From the NCBI GenBank assembly GCA_035298405.1, contig DATGYA010000606.1:1-58167 (forward strand): DNA of 58,167 bases, read 5' to 3'. This DNA is from Kamptonema sp. (GTDB lineage: Bacteria; Cyanobacteriota; Cyanobacteriia; Cyanobacteriales; Microcoleaceae). The stretch's first letter is position 1. Each line of letters starts with the position of its first letter. The notes under the pieces are model-generated. The model worked only from the letters and a program-made list of their open reading frames with translations, was not told the origin of the DNA and ran no database searches. Shown in pieces: positions 58,076 to 58,167 of the stretch. The position numbers and the translations under genes are program-made.

Positions 58076-58165
58076 TTAAAAAGGAATTTCATCATCATCC
58101 TCTTCCTCTTCCACAGTCTTAGCCGTCATCCGCCAAGTATTAATATACTCAATTTGCACATCAAT
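58076..58165 (-). CDS. 3' end of a gene entering from the right edge, with acidic DDDEIPF tail
   Basis: Own translation: IDVQIEYINTWRMTAKTVEEEEDDDEIPF*. Confidence 0.6.
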   Translation of the reverse strand: MDVQIEYINTWRMTAKTVEEEEDDDEIPF

Positions 58166-58167
58166 TT

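Overview
Cyanobacterial chromosomal window, judged from the many HIP1 GCGATCGC octamers and heptamer tandem repeats; a filamentous Oscillatoriales-type organism is an inference. In order it holds: a truncated PD-(D/E)XK nuclease-like gene; an APC permease and a PrpF-family isomerase downstream of sufBCDS; divergent sufR with two CAAC-N6-GTTG-type operators; an ~18 kb Wsp-type chemosensory cluster (CheW, CheR-TPR, four MCPs plus a relic of a fifth, CheW, CheA-REC, CheB); a lone 5S rRNA with its own rrn-type promoter and terminator; nadC, Uma2, C39 and M16 peptidase genes; two tandem giant secreted haemagglutinin-CHAT protease genes; an orphan MCP; and a form IV RuBisCO-like enolase. The best candidate for a new system is the Wsp cluster. 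Its WspR-like receiver is fused to a PP2C phosphatase rather than a GGDEF domain, and is followed by a GHKL-type kinase, a STAS protein and an MscS channel. Small mobile repeats are scattered throughout: a REPIN-like element, MITEs, a 21-nt insert in a HIP1 site, and a REP-like palindrome inserted in frame in a gene. All family calls come from motifs recognised by eye; no searches were run.
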